Shown here in pieces: positions 16,132 through 24,063 of a stretch of DNA of 43,878 nucleotides. The first letter of the stretch is position 1. Each line of letters opens with the position of its first letter. The notes below the pieces were generated by a model. The model saw only the letters and a program-made list of their open reading frames with translations. It made no database searches and was not told the origin of the DNA. The DNA comes from Candidatus Rokubacteria bacterium GWC2_70_16. Lineage in GTDB: Bacteria > Methylomirabilota > Methylomirabilia > Rokubacteriales > CSP1-6. The position numbers and the translations under genes are program-made. The stretch covers positions 1 through 43,878 of the forward strand of contig MGBV01000193.1 of assembly GCA_001788415.1 (NCBI GenBank), written 5' to 3'.

Positions 16132-16691
16132 CTCCCGAAGGAGACGCGCGGCACCTGCCGGTCCTCCGGCCGCTCGAGCTCGAAGTAGTCGCGCCGGGCG
16201 AACCGGAAGAAGGAGGCGATCAGGTTGGAGGGGAAGCTGTCCACGGCGGTGTTGAGGTCCCGGACCACGGCGTTGTAGTAGCGGCGCGCGTCCTGGATCG
16301 TCCCCTCGATCTCGGCCAGCGAGTCGTGCAGCGAGCGGAAGCTCTCGCTGGCCTTGAGGTCCGGGTACGCCTCGGCCAGCGCGAAGAGTTGGCGGAGGGC
16401 GTCGGTGAGCTGCCCCTCGGCGCGCGCCCGCGCCTCCGGGCCGGCCGCCGCCACGGCCGCGCCCCGCGCGCGCACCACCTGGTCGAGCGTCGTCTTCTCG
16501 TGGCCCGCGTAGCCCTTCACGGTCTCCACGAGGTTGGGGACGAGGTCGGTGCGCCGCTTGAGCTGGACATCCACGTCGGACCACGCCTCCTGCGAGCGCT
16601 GGGTGAGGCCCACCAGGCGGTTGTAGGAGGCGACCACGAGCCACACCAGGAGCCCCAGCGCGACGAGGACGATCACGAGTCCGATGGGCAT
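16128..16691 (-). CDS. lemA: LemA family protein
   Basis: AGGAGG SD. N-terminal TM helix, then SYNRLV..AWSDVDVQLKRRTDLVPNLVETVKGYAGHEK..RYYNAVVRDLN, as in LemA. Confidence 0.92.
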   Translation of the reverse strand: MPIGLVIVLVALGLLVWLVVASYNRLVGLTQRSQEAWSDVDVQLKRRTDLVPNLVETVKGYAGHEKTTLDQVVRARGAAVAAAGPEARARAEGQLTDALRQLFALAEAYPDLKASESFRSLHDSLAEIEGTIQDARRYYNAVVRDLNTAVDSFPSNLIASFFRFARRDYFELERPEDRQVPRVSFGS

Positions 16692-16867
16692 GTTCGGATC
16701 CTCCTGCGGTCATCATAGCGCCCGGCCGGCGGAGCGCTGTACAAATGAGGCGGGCCCGCGGGTGGGCGGCTTGACGCGGATGAGCCGCCCCTGATAGCGT
16801 GCCCGCGTGGCGACGTTCAGTCGCTCGCGGCACCTGCTGTCGGCCTAGCAGGATGCGGAAGAACCCC

Positions 16868-16994
16868 GCAGGCTGCTCAAAAAGGTTCAGATGCGAGGCG
16901 GCGCCCGACGGCCGCACGCGAGGCGTACTCCCTGTACGTTGAGCGTGCGGCCGAGGGCGCCAACGACGCAGATGGGCCTTTTTCAGCAGCCTGC
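16868..16994. repeat. 127-nt imperfect palindromic (long-hairpin) intergenic element
   Basis: The outer arm GCAGGCTGCT / AGCAGCCTGC and the arm AAAAAGG / CCTTTTT pair. So do GCGCCC / GGGCGC, CGGCCGCACGC / GCGTGCGGCCG, and the apex CGTAC-N5-GTACG. Confidence 0.6.
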
Positions 16995-17028
16995 TAGAGC
17001 GGCCGGCGGAGCCCGGGAGGGGAGAGCC

Positions 17029-17211
17029 ATGCAGGTCGAGGTGGAGTTGACCGAGGAGGAGACCGGGCTCTTCCGCGCCACCGCGGTGGCCTATCCGGCG
17101 GTGAGCGTGACGGGGCGCACCGAGAAGGAGGCGCTGGGCCTTCTCATGGAGGCCATGGAAAAGCACATGCGGGCGGAGGCGCGCAGGGGCGCGGAGGGCC
17201 GCCGTGGCTGA
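17029..17211 (+). CDS. Small HicB-like (UPF0150-type) protein, 60 aa
   Basis: GGGAGGGGAGAG SD. MQVEVELTEEETGLFRATAVAYPAVSVTGRTEKEALGLLMEAMEKHM resembles the HicB antitoxin fold signature (..G.T.EEAL..L.EA...). Overlaps the next gene start by 8 nt. Confidence 0.45.
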   Translation: MQVEVELTEEETGLFRATAVAYPAVSVTGRTEKEALGLLMEAMEKHMRAEARRGAEGRRG

Positions 17212-18403
17212 GCCGCAGGGCGGGCGCGCGCTCGCCGATCTCCGCGTCGTGGACTGCTCGCGGCTGATCGCCGGCGGCGTGCTGGCCACGGTGCTGGCCG
17301 ATCTCGGCGCCAACGTGGTGAAGGTGGAGAACCCCCGCGGCGGCGATCCGCTCAGGACGTGGTCCCGATCGCTGGGAGAGCTGTGGTGGAAGGTGTACGG
17401 CCGCGGCAAGCGCTCCATCACGCTTAACCTGACGCACCCCGAGGGGCAGGCGCTCCTGCGCCGGCTCGTCCGCGGGGCCGACGTGCTGATCGAGAACTAC
17501 GTGCCGGGGACGTTCGAGAAATGGGGGCTCGGCTGGGAGGCGCTGTCGCAGGACAGCCCCGGGCTCGTCATGGTTCGCGTCTCCGGCTGGGGGCAGGACG
17601 GGCCGTACCGCGACCGCCCCGGCTTCGGCACCATGGTCGAGGCCATGTCTGGCTTCGCCGCGACGACCGGGCCACCCGAGTCCCCCACCCTGCCCTCCTT
17701 CCCCATGGCCGACATGGTCGCCGCCCTGGCGGGCGCCACCGCGGTGCTGGCGGCGCTGCGCCACCGGGACCGCGTCTCGGGCCGCGGGCAGATGATCGAC
17801 GTGCCGCTGTACGAGCCGCTGCTCTCCATCCTCGGACCCAACGCCGCGGAGTACCGGAGGCACGGCATCGTGCGCCAGCGCATCGGCAACCGCTCGCACA
17901 ACGCGAGCCCGCGCGGCACCTACCGGACGCGGGACGGCAAGTGGGTGGCGCTGTCGGCCTCCACGCCGGCCTCGGCGGAGGCGCTGTTCAAGGCGCTCGG
18001 GATTGGCCACCTCCTGGCCGACCCACGCTTCACCACCAACGACGCGCGCGTCGCCAACGGCGAGGCCGTGGACCGGGCGGTGGGCGGGGCCATCGGCGCG
18101 CGGACCCGGGAGGAGATCATGGGGCTCTTCGAGACCGTGGGACTCACGGCGGCGCCCGTCTACGACATCGCCGACATCCTCGAGGACCCGCACTTCAAGG
18201 CGCGCAGCACCTTCGTGGACATGCCCGATCCGGACGTCGGCGCCGTCACCATGACCGCGCCTACCCCGCGGCTGTCCGAGACGCCGGGGGCGATCCGCTG
18301 GGTCGGCCCCCCGCTGGGGGCGCACAACCGCGAGGTCTACGCGGGGGAGTTGGGGCTGTCGGAGACCGAGTTGGAGCGGCTGCACCAGGCTGGCGTGATC
18401 TGA
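17204..18403 (+). CDS. CoA transferase family III (CaiB/BaiF type)
   Basis: ALADLRVVDCSRLIAGGVLATVLADLGANVVKVENPRGGDPLR is the canonical N-terminal block. GTG start. Confidence 0.9.
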   Translation: MAEPQGGRALADLRVVDCSRLIAGGVLATVLADLGANVVKVENPRGGDPLRTWSRSLGELWWKVYGRGKRSITLNLTHPEGQALLRRLVRGADVLIENYVPGTFEKWGLGWEALSQDSPGLVMVRVSGWGQDGPYRDRPGFGTMVEAMSGFAATTGPPESPTLPSFPMADMVAALAGATAVLAALRHRDRVSGRGQMIDVPLYEPLLSILGPNAAEYRRHGIVRQRIGNRSHNASPRGTYRTRDGKWVALSASTPASAEALFKALGIGHLLADPRFTTNDARVANGEAVDRAVGGAIGARTREEIMGLFETVGLTAAPVYDIADILEDPHFKARSTFVDMPDPDVGAVTMTAPTPRLSETPGAIRWVGPPLGAHNREVYAGELGLSETELERLHQAGVI

Positions 18404-18409
18404 GCGCCC

Positions 18410-18592
18410 GGAACCCGTTCCTCGACGCCACCGTGGGCGGGATGCTGTCCACGGCCGCCGCCCGCTTCCCCCAGGCGCGAGGCCATCGTGGCCGCCCACA
18501 GGGGCCTCACCTACGCGCGCGTCCACGGGGAGGCCCGGCGCTTCGCGCTTGGGGCTCCGGGCGCTCGGTGTCGGCAAGGGCGACACGGTCCA
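18410..18592 (+). pseudogene. Remnant of an AMP-dependent acyl-CoA synthetase N-terminus (two frameshifts, truncated)
   Basis: Three frames joined read NPFLDATVGGMLSTAAARFPQ / EAIVAAHRGLTYARVHGEARRFAL / GLRALGVGKGDTV. This is the standard FadD-type N-terminus, and nothing FadD-like follows. Confidence 0.55.
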
Positions 18593-18782
18593 GAAGGGCC
18601 GGCTGCGCGAGCAGTTCCTCGCCGCGCAGGGCGGCCGGCGGCAGGCCGGCGTCAGCCGACGAAGCGAGGCGCCCCCCGGGCCAAATGCTCTAGCCGAGCA
18701 TCCCGTTGAACGCGCCCCCGGGCGTCGCGTATGCTCAGGGGGCGAATCCGGCTCCCTCATCCCCTGGACAAGGAGACCCACC

Positions 18783-19799
18783 GTGAAGCTGGACGTCGGC
18801 ATGCTCGTCCACGATCTGAAGACGATCTCGGACTACGCGCGCAAGGTGGAGGCCATGGGCTACGACTGCCTCTGGTGCGCGGAGACCCAGCACGACCCCT
18901 ACCTGCCGCTGGCCGTGGCCGCCACGACCACCTCGCGCGTCAAGCTCGGCACCAACATCGCGACGGTGTTCTCGCGCAGCCCCATGATCACGGCCCACAT
19001 CGCCTGGGATCTGCAGAAGGCCTCGGGGGGGCGCTTCATCCTGGGCCTCGGCACCCAGGTCAAGGGGCACAACGAGCGCCGGTTCTCGGTGAAGTGGGAG
19101 TCGCCGGGCCCCAAGATGGCCGAGGCCGTCCGGGCGCTGCGCGCCATCTGGAACTGCTGGCAGACGGGCGCGGCGCTCAACTTCAAGGGGGAGTTCTACA
19201 CCTTCGATGTGATGACCCCCTTCTTCAACCCGGGCCCCATCGAGCACCCGAAGATCCCGATCTACGTCGCCGCCGTGAACCCGTACATGGCGGGCGTCGC
19301 CGGGGAGTTCTGCGACGGCATGCACGTGCACCCGTTCAACAGCCCCAAGTACCTGCGGGAGGTCGTCCATCCCGCCGCGGAGCAGGGCCTGCGCCGCGCG
19401 GGACGGACGCGACAGGACTTCACCTTCGTGACCAGCACGTTCGTCGTGGTGGGGGACACGGAGCAGGAGCGCAGCGAGCAGGAACAGATGATCCGGCAGC
19501 AGATCGCCTTCTACGCCTCCACGCGCACCTACCGGCCCGTGCTCGCCATCCACGGCTGGGAGGAGGTGGCCGCGAAGCTCCACCGGAAGTCCGTGGAGCA
19601 GGACTGGGCGGGGATGGCGAGCGTCATCACCGACGAGATGCTCGACACCTACGCGCTGACGGCCACCTACGACAAGCTCGCGGACAGGCTCAAGGAGCGC
19701 TACGCGGGGCTGCTGGACCGGGTGTCCCTCTATCAACCCTATCTGCCGAACCAGAACGATCCGCGCCTGCCCGCGCTGATCAAGGCCTTCAACGGCTGA
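18783..19799 (+). CDS. Luciferase-like (LLM class, probably F420-dependent) oxidoreductase
   Basis: GTG at 18783 after AAGGAG. VKLDVGMLVHDL..GYDCLWCAETQHDPYLPLA..SGGRFILGLGTQVKGHNERRF are typical LLM blocks. Confidence 0.85.
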   Translation: MKLDVGMLVHDLKTISDYARKVEAMGYDCLWCAETQHDPYLPLAVAATTTSRVKLGTNIATVFSRSPMITAHIAWDLQKASGGRFILGLGTQVKGHNERRFSVKWESPGPKMAEAVRALRAIWNCWQTGAALNFKGEFYTFDVMTPFFNPGPIEHPKIPIYVAAVNPYMAGVAGEFCDGMHVHPFNSPKYLREVVHPAAEQGLRRAGRTRQDFTFVTSTFVVVGDTEQERSEQEQMIRQQIAFYASTRTYRPVLAIHGWEEVAAKLHRKSVEQDWAGMASVITDEMLDTYALTATYDKLADRLKERYAGLLDRVSLYQPYLPNQNDPRLPALIKAFNG

Positions 19800-19831
19800 T
19801 GACGGGACGGTAGTCCCCACCGGAGACAGCC

Positions 19832-21070
19832 ATGCCAGACCTCTACGACCTCGGAGCCCGACCCCCGCTCGGCGAAGTCCCCAGGCAGATGCACGCCTAC
19901 GTCGTCAGGCAGCACCGCTTCGGCCAGCCCAGGGACGCCTGGCAGCGAGAGGTCATCCCGACGCCCGCCATCGGCCCGGACGAGGTGCTCATCTACGTGA
20001 TGGCCTCGGGGATCAACTACAACAACGTGTGGGCGGCGCTGGGCGCGCCGGTGGACGTGATCGGCGAGCGGCAGAAGCTGGGCGAGCCCGAGGACTTCCA
20101 CGCCGGCGGCAGCGACTGCTCCGGCATCGTGTGGGCGATAGGCAAGGACGTCACGCACGTGAAGGTCGGCGACGAGGTCGTCGTTCACAGCGGCTGGTGG
20201 CGCCCGGACGACCCGTGGGTGCTCTCGGGCCGCGACCCCATGCTCGCCGAGAGCACGCGCATCTGGGGCTACCAGACGAACTACGGCAGCTACTGCCAGT
20301 TCGCCAGGGCCCAGGCGCATCAGTGCCAGCCCAAGCCCCGGCGGCTCACCTGGGAGGCCGCGGGCTGCTTCCTCCTCTGCGCCTCCACGGCCTACCGGAT
20401 GCTCATGGGCTGGGCGCCGAACATCATCGAGCCGGGCGACGTCGTCCTCGTCTGGGGCGCCGCCGGCGGGCTCGGCAGCATGGCGCTGGAAATCACGCGG
20501 GCCCTCGGCGGACGAGCCGTGGCCGTGGTCTCGGACGAGGCCAAGCGGCCGTTCTGTCTGGAGCACGGGGCCGTCGGCGTCATCAACCGCAACGACTTCA
20601 AGCACTGGGGGCGGATGCCGGACACCAACGACACCGGGGCCTACGGCGACTGGGTCAAGGGCGCGCGGGCCTTCGGCAAGGCGATCTGGGACGGCGTGGG
20701 CGAGAAGGTGAGCCCGCGCATCGTCTTCGAGCATCCCGGCGAGGCGACCCTGCCGACCTCGGGCTTCGTCTGCGCCACGGGCGGCCTGATCGTCATCTGC
20801 GCCGGCACGAGCGGCTACAACGTCACCATGGACCTCCGCTACCACTGGATGCGCCAGAAGCGCTTCCAGGGCAGCCACCTCTCCAATGACGCGCAGGCCG
20901 CCGCCGTCACCCGCCTCGTCGCCGAGGGCAAGATGGACCCGTGTCTGTCGCGGACCTACGGCTTCGATGACCTCCCCGGCTGCCACCAGCTCATGCTGGA
21001 GAACCAGCACCCCTACGGCAACATGGCGGTGCTCGTGAACGCACCTGCGCCCGGGCTCGGCGCCTCGTGA
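19832..21070 (+). CDS. ccr: Crotonyl-CoA carboxylase/reductase
   Basis: Close block-by-block resemblance to Ccr: SGINYNNVWAALG, RIWGYQTNYGSYCQFARAQAHQ, LVWGAAGGLGSMA, IVFEHPGEATLPTS, YHWMRQKRFQGSH, GNMAVLV. Confidence 0.9.
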   Translation: MPDLYDLGARPPLGEVPRQMHAYVVRQHRFGQPRDAWQREVIPTPAIGPDEVLIYVMASGINYNNVWAALGAPVDVIGERQKLGEPEDFHAGGSDCSGIVWAIGKDVTHVKVGDEVVVHSGWWRPDDPWVLSGRDPMLAESTRIWGYQTNYGSYCQFARAQAHQCQPKPRRLTWEAAGCFLLCASTAYRMLMGWAPNIIEPGDVVLVWGAAGGLGSMALEITRALGGRAVAVVSDEAKRPFCLEHGAVGVINRNDFKHWGRMPDTNDTGAYGDWVKGARAFGKAIWDGVGEKVSPRIVFEHPGEATLPTSGFVCATGGLIVICAGTSGYNVTMDLRYHWMRQKRFQGSHLSNDAQAAAVTRLVAEGKMDPCLSRTYGFDDLPGCHQLMLENQHPYGNMAVLVNAPAPGLGAS

Positions 21071-21096
21071 GAGCGCGTAGCCGCCCCCCTGCCAAT

Positions 21097-21121
21097 GTTG
21101 TAATGCAAGACCTGACCCCCC
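21097..21121. repeat. Solo copy of a 23-25-nt REP-like motif (GTTGTAATGCAAGACCTGACCCCCC)
   Basis: Shares the 14-nt core CAAGACCTGACCCC and the distal GTTG with copies at 30428-30450 (inverted) and 30542-30565. Lies between convergent ccr and the NUDIX gene. Confidence 0.7.
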
Positions 21122-21918
21122 TAGTACCAGCGGGGGTCGCCGGGCAGGACGGGGACGGGCTTGCCGTCCACCATGAAGACGCGGGGACGGATGGGCGTGA
21201 CCTCGCGCCTGCCGAGGGCCGAGAGCAGCCCCGTCGCCGAGGTGGCCGCCCGCAGCAGCTCCAGGTTCTTGATCGTCGGGAACCGGAGCGAGATCTCCCC
21301 GCGCTTCATGGCCGCGAAGGCCTCTTCCGCCGTCAGCCATTTCACGTCCGTGATCTCCCGGCCGTCGGCCTCGGCGTCCTGTCCGGGCGGCATCACGGCG
21401 GCGAAGAAGCGCGTGTCGAAGCGGATCGGGCTCTCCTCGGGTGTGATCCAGTGGGCGAAGTACGCGAGTCGGTCGGTGGCCAGCGCGAGGCGCTCGCTCC
21501 GGAGCATGTCGAAGAAGGCCGGGTTGGAGGCGTGGCAGGCCGCGCGATGGGCGGCGAAGCGCTCGCGCTCCTCGGGGCCCCAGCGAGCGAGGTCGCCGGA
21601 GGCCGTGTAGACCAGGAGCACTCCGACCTCCTCGAAGGCCTCGCGGATGGCGCCGACCCAGAAGCCGAGGGCCTCCCGCGGCCCGAGACCGGTCCCCAGT
21701 CGCGCGGCGGCGTCCGCCGCCGTCAGCGCCGTGCAGAACCCCTCCGCATCGTCCGGCACCTCGTCCGTCTCGACCTTGCCCCCCGCGAAGACGTAGTCGC
21801 CTCCGGCGAACTTGCTCTTCGCGTGCCGCTTGATGAGAAGCGTCTCGACCCCGCCGGCAGGTCGATCGCGCAGGAGAACGAGCGTCGCGGCAGGCGACGG
21901 AGTGACTGGCCCTGTCAT
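21121..21918 (-). CDS. NUDIX hydrolase family protein
   Basis: ATG at 21918. GGKVETDE ... GAIREAFEEVGVLL forms a Nudix box with an extended insert. Confidence 0.85.
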   Translation of the reverse strand: MTGPVTPSPAATLVLLRDRPAGGVETLLIKRHAKSKFAGGDYVFAGGKVETDEVPDDAEGFCTALTAADAAARLGTGLGPREALGFWVGAIREAFEEVGVLLVYTASGDLARWGPEERERFAAHRAACHASNPAFFDMLRSERLALATDRLAYFAHWITPEESPIRFDTRFFAAVMPPGQDAEADGREITDVKWLTAEEAFAAMKRGEISLRFPTIKNLELLRAATSATGLLSALGRREVTPIRPRVFMVDGKPVPVLPGDPRWY

Positions 21919-22127
21919 GGCCCGGGCTCGGACCTCATTGCCGCATCTTGTCACAGGAGGTGTGCTCCTGTCCAAGCCCGCGAGTCGGGCCACAAGGGCG
22001 AAACGGGGCGCCTGGAGTCTGCGTCGCATGAGTAGGGGTTCCGGAAACCTTGACAGCGGTGGGGATTCTTGACAGCATATTGGGTAACCCTCTTCCCTGT
22101 GCCGCCTCCAAAGGGCAGTGGAGCCTC

Positions 22128-22421
22128 ATGAGCGAAGCGACGGCCGATCTCCGCAGGCATCCCCGGTCAAAGGTCTCCTGGCCTGTCACCGTGGAGACCG
22201 GCGGCCAGTCCTTCGAGCGGCACACGGTCAACCTGAGCCCCATCGGCGCCAAGGTCCATCTCGAGGCGCGACTGCCGGTCGGGACTCCGGCGACGCTCCG
22301 CTTCCGCCCCCCTCATGGCCGGCCGCTGGAGGTCGACGCCATCGTCTGGCGCTCGGACTCCGATGGGCCGGCCTTCTTCTTCGTGGGCGTCGGCGGCGAG
22401 AACATGACTCTCCCGAGGTAG
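22128..22421 (+). CDS. PilZ domain protein (97 aa)
   Basis: RRHPRSKV (RxxxR) and NLSPIGAKV (D/NxSxxG) motifs at canonical spacing. Start chosen at internal ATG 22128. Confidence 0.75.
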   Translation: MSEATADLRRHPRSKVSWPVTVETGGQSFERHTVNLSPIGAKVHLEARLPVGTPATLRFRPPHGRPLEVDAIVWRSDSDGPAFFFVGVGGENMTLPR

Positions 22422-22479
22422 CGCGCTCGTCACTGGCCCCCCGCATCCGACTTCCTCCTCACCCGCAAGGAGACCCGCG

Positions 22480-22941
22480 ATGGGCGCAGAAGCGCGGATC
22501 AAGGAGCTCGGCATCACGCTGCCCCAGCCCGCCAAGCCGGTGGGCAACTACATCCCGGGAGTGCGCGTGGGCAACCTCCTCTTCCTCTCCGGGCATGGGC
22601 CCGTGCGGGTGGACGGCCAGCCGACGGCGCGCGGGAAGGTGGGACGGGATCTCTCCACCGAGGAAGCCTACAAGGTCGCCCGCGAGGTCGGCATCAACCT
22701 GCTCGGCTCGGCGCGCGTGATTCTCGGCAGCCTGGACAGGGTGAAGCGCATCGTGAAGGTGCTGGGCATGGTGAACTCGGCCGACGGCTTCGCGGAGCAG
22801 CCGAAGGTCATCAACGGCTTCTCCGACCTGATGGTGGAGATCTTCGGGGAGAGCGGGCGTCACGCGCGCTCGGCGGTGGGGATGGCCGAGCTGCCCATGG
22901 GAATCCCTGTCGAGATCGAGATGATCCTCGAGGTCGAGTAG
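22480..22941 (+). CDS. RidA/YjgF family protein
   Basis: AAGGAG SD. The stretch YIPGVRVGNLLFLSGHGP and the C-terminal GRHARSAVGMAELPMGIPVEIEMILEV are typical. Confidence 0.9.
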   Translation: MGAEARIKELGITLPQPAKPVGNYIPGVRVGNLLFLSGHGPVRVDGQPTARGKVGRDLSTEEAYKVAREVGINLLGSARVILGSLDRVKRIVKVLGMVNSADGFAEQPKVINGFSDLMVEIFGESGRHARSAVGMAELPMGIPVEIEMILEVE

Positions 22942-22967
22942 TCCCGCCGGCCAGGGGCGCGCGTTGA

Positions 22968-23786
22968 TTACCGCTGCAGCAGATCAGGTAGGGTCGCGAA
23001 GGCTTGGGCCATGCGCGGGCCGAACCACGACGCGAGCCGGCCGTCCACCAGGTGGATGCGCCCGTCCCGCACGGCGGGCATCTCCGGATAGGGCGTGAAG
23101 TCCGCCGCATGCGCCTCCCGGAAGCGATACGGCTCGTCCGGGAGCAGGATCACCTCGGGCCGCGCCGCGGCCACCGCGTCCAGCGTCACCTCCGGGTAGC
23201 GCCGCTCGCGATCCGCGCAGACGTTCTCCCCGCCGCAGGCCGCCAGCACGTCGTGGACGTAGGTGTCCCGGTTGATCGTCATGTGCGGGCGGCGCCAGAT
23301 CGGATAGAACACGCGTGTGGGGCGCGCCCGGCCACGCGCGCGCGCCGTCACCTCCGCGCAGCGCCGCTCGAGGTCCTCCGCCAGCGCCGCGCCTCGCTCG
23401 GCCGCGCCCGTCACCTGCCCCAACTCGCGGACGAGCCGGATGCCCTCGGCGACGGTCCGCGGGTAATTGACGTGGACGGGGATCCCCCAGCCGCGTAGCG
23501 TCTCGACGTGCTCGCGGTGGTTCTCCTCGATGTTGGCCACGACGAGATCGGGGCGGAGCGCGCGGATTAGGTCCAGCCGAGGGGTCTTGGTGCCGCCGAC
23601 GCGCGTGGTGGCCAGCACCCCCTCGGGGGGCTCCGTGCAGTAGGTGGTGCAGCCGGCCACGGCGGGGCCGACGCCCAGCAGGAAGAGGATCTCGGTGACG
23701 CTCGGGACGAGGGAGATGATGCGGCGCGGCGGTTCTGGCAGGATCAGCGCGACGCCCGAGGCGTCGACGAAGGGGCCCCGTGTCAC
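22968..23786 (-). CDS. Cobalamin/siderophore-type periplasmic-binding-protein fold (BtuF-like), no signal peptide
   Basis: GTG at 23786 overlaps the upstream stop (GTGA). RIISLVPSVTEILFLLG, GGTKTPRLDLIRALRPDLVVAN and PEVILLPDEPY blocks are present. Confidence 0.8.
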   Translation of the reverse strand: MTRGPFVDASGVALILPEPPRRIISLVPSVTEILFLLGVGPAVAGCTTYCTEPPEGVLATTRVGGTKTPRLDLIRALRPDLVVANIEENHREHVETLRGWGIPVHVNYPRTVAEGIRLVRELGQVTGAAERGAALAEDLERRCAEVTARARGRARPTRVFYPIWRRPHMTINRDTYVHDVLAACGGENVCADRERRYPEVTLDAVAAARPEVILLPDEPYRFREAHAADFTPYPEMPAVRDGRIHLVDGRLASWFGPRMAQAFATLPDLLQR

Positions 23787-23968
23787 GAGAGCTTCGCGGC
23801 GCGCTCCGACAGGCGCTCGACCAGCGCGATGATCTCCCGCATGCGGGCGCGCAGGTCGAGCTCCGCCTTCTTCGCCCCGTCGGCGCCGCCGGCCGCCACC
23901 GCGTCCTCCAGGCCGGTCACGGCGATCCCGAATGCCTTGAGCAGGTGGCGCGTGCTCTCTTCGCCCAT
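23783..23968 (-). CDS. Small helical hypothetical protein (61 aa)
   Basis: Non-artefactual composition (MGEESTRHLLKAFGIAVTGLEDAV...MREIIALVERLSERAAKLS). Its stop is coupled to the next gene by GTGA. Confidence 0.45.
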   Translation of the reverse strand: MGEESTRHLLKAFGIAVTGLEDAVAAGGADGAKKAELDLRARMREIIALVERLSERAAKLS

Positions 23969-24063
23969 CGCACTCTCCCGTGAGGGGGTTCGCTGAGACG
24001 GGCCGCTCCCGGGCCAGCGACCCGCGCGTGGATCTCCACGCGGCGCCAGGATACCATGGGGGC

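Noticed and set aside
16692-17028. A HicA toxin partner, or another small gene, upstream of the HicB-like ORF.
   Set aside because: The only ORF (16891..17211 N-terminal part) is read through the palindromic element and is Arg/Pro-rich. No HicA-like (dsRBD-type, ~60-aa basic) sequence occurs in any frame.
22050-22127. The longer start (ATG 22050) for the PilZ gene.
   Set aside because: The extension (MTAVGILDSILGNPLPCAASKGQWSL) would begin inside the tandem TTGACA repeat region. The PilZ homology begins just after ATG 22128.
23969-24063. A cobalamin riboswitch upstream of the BtuF-like operon.
   Set aside because: The spacer is only 95 nt and shows no B12-box-like element. It is too short for the riboswitch.
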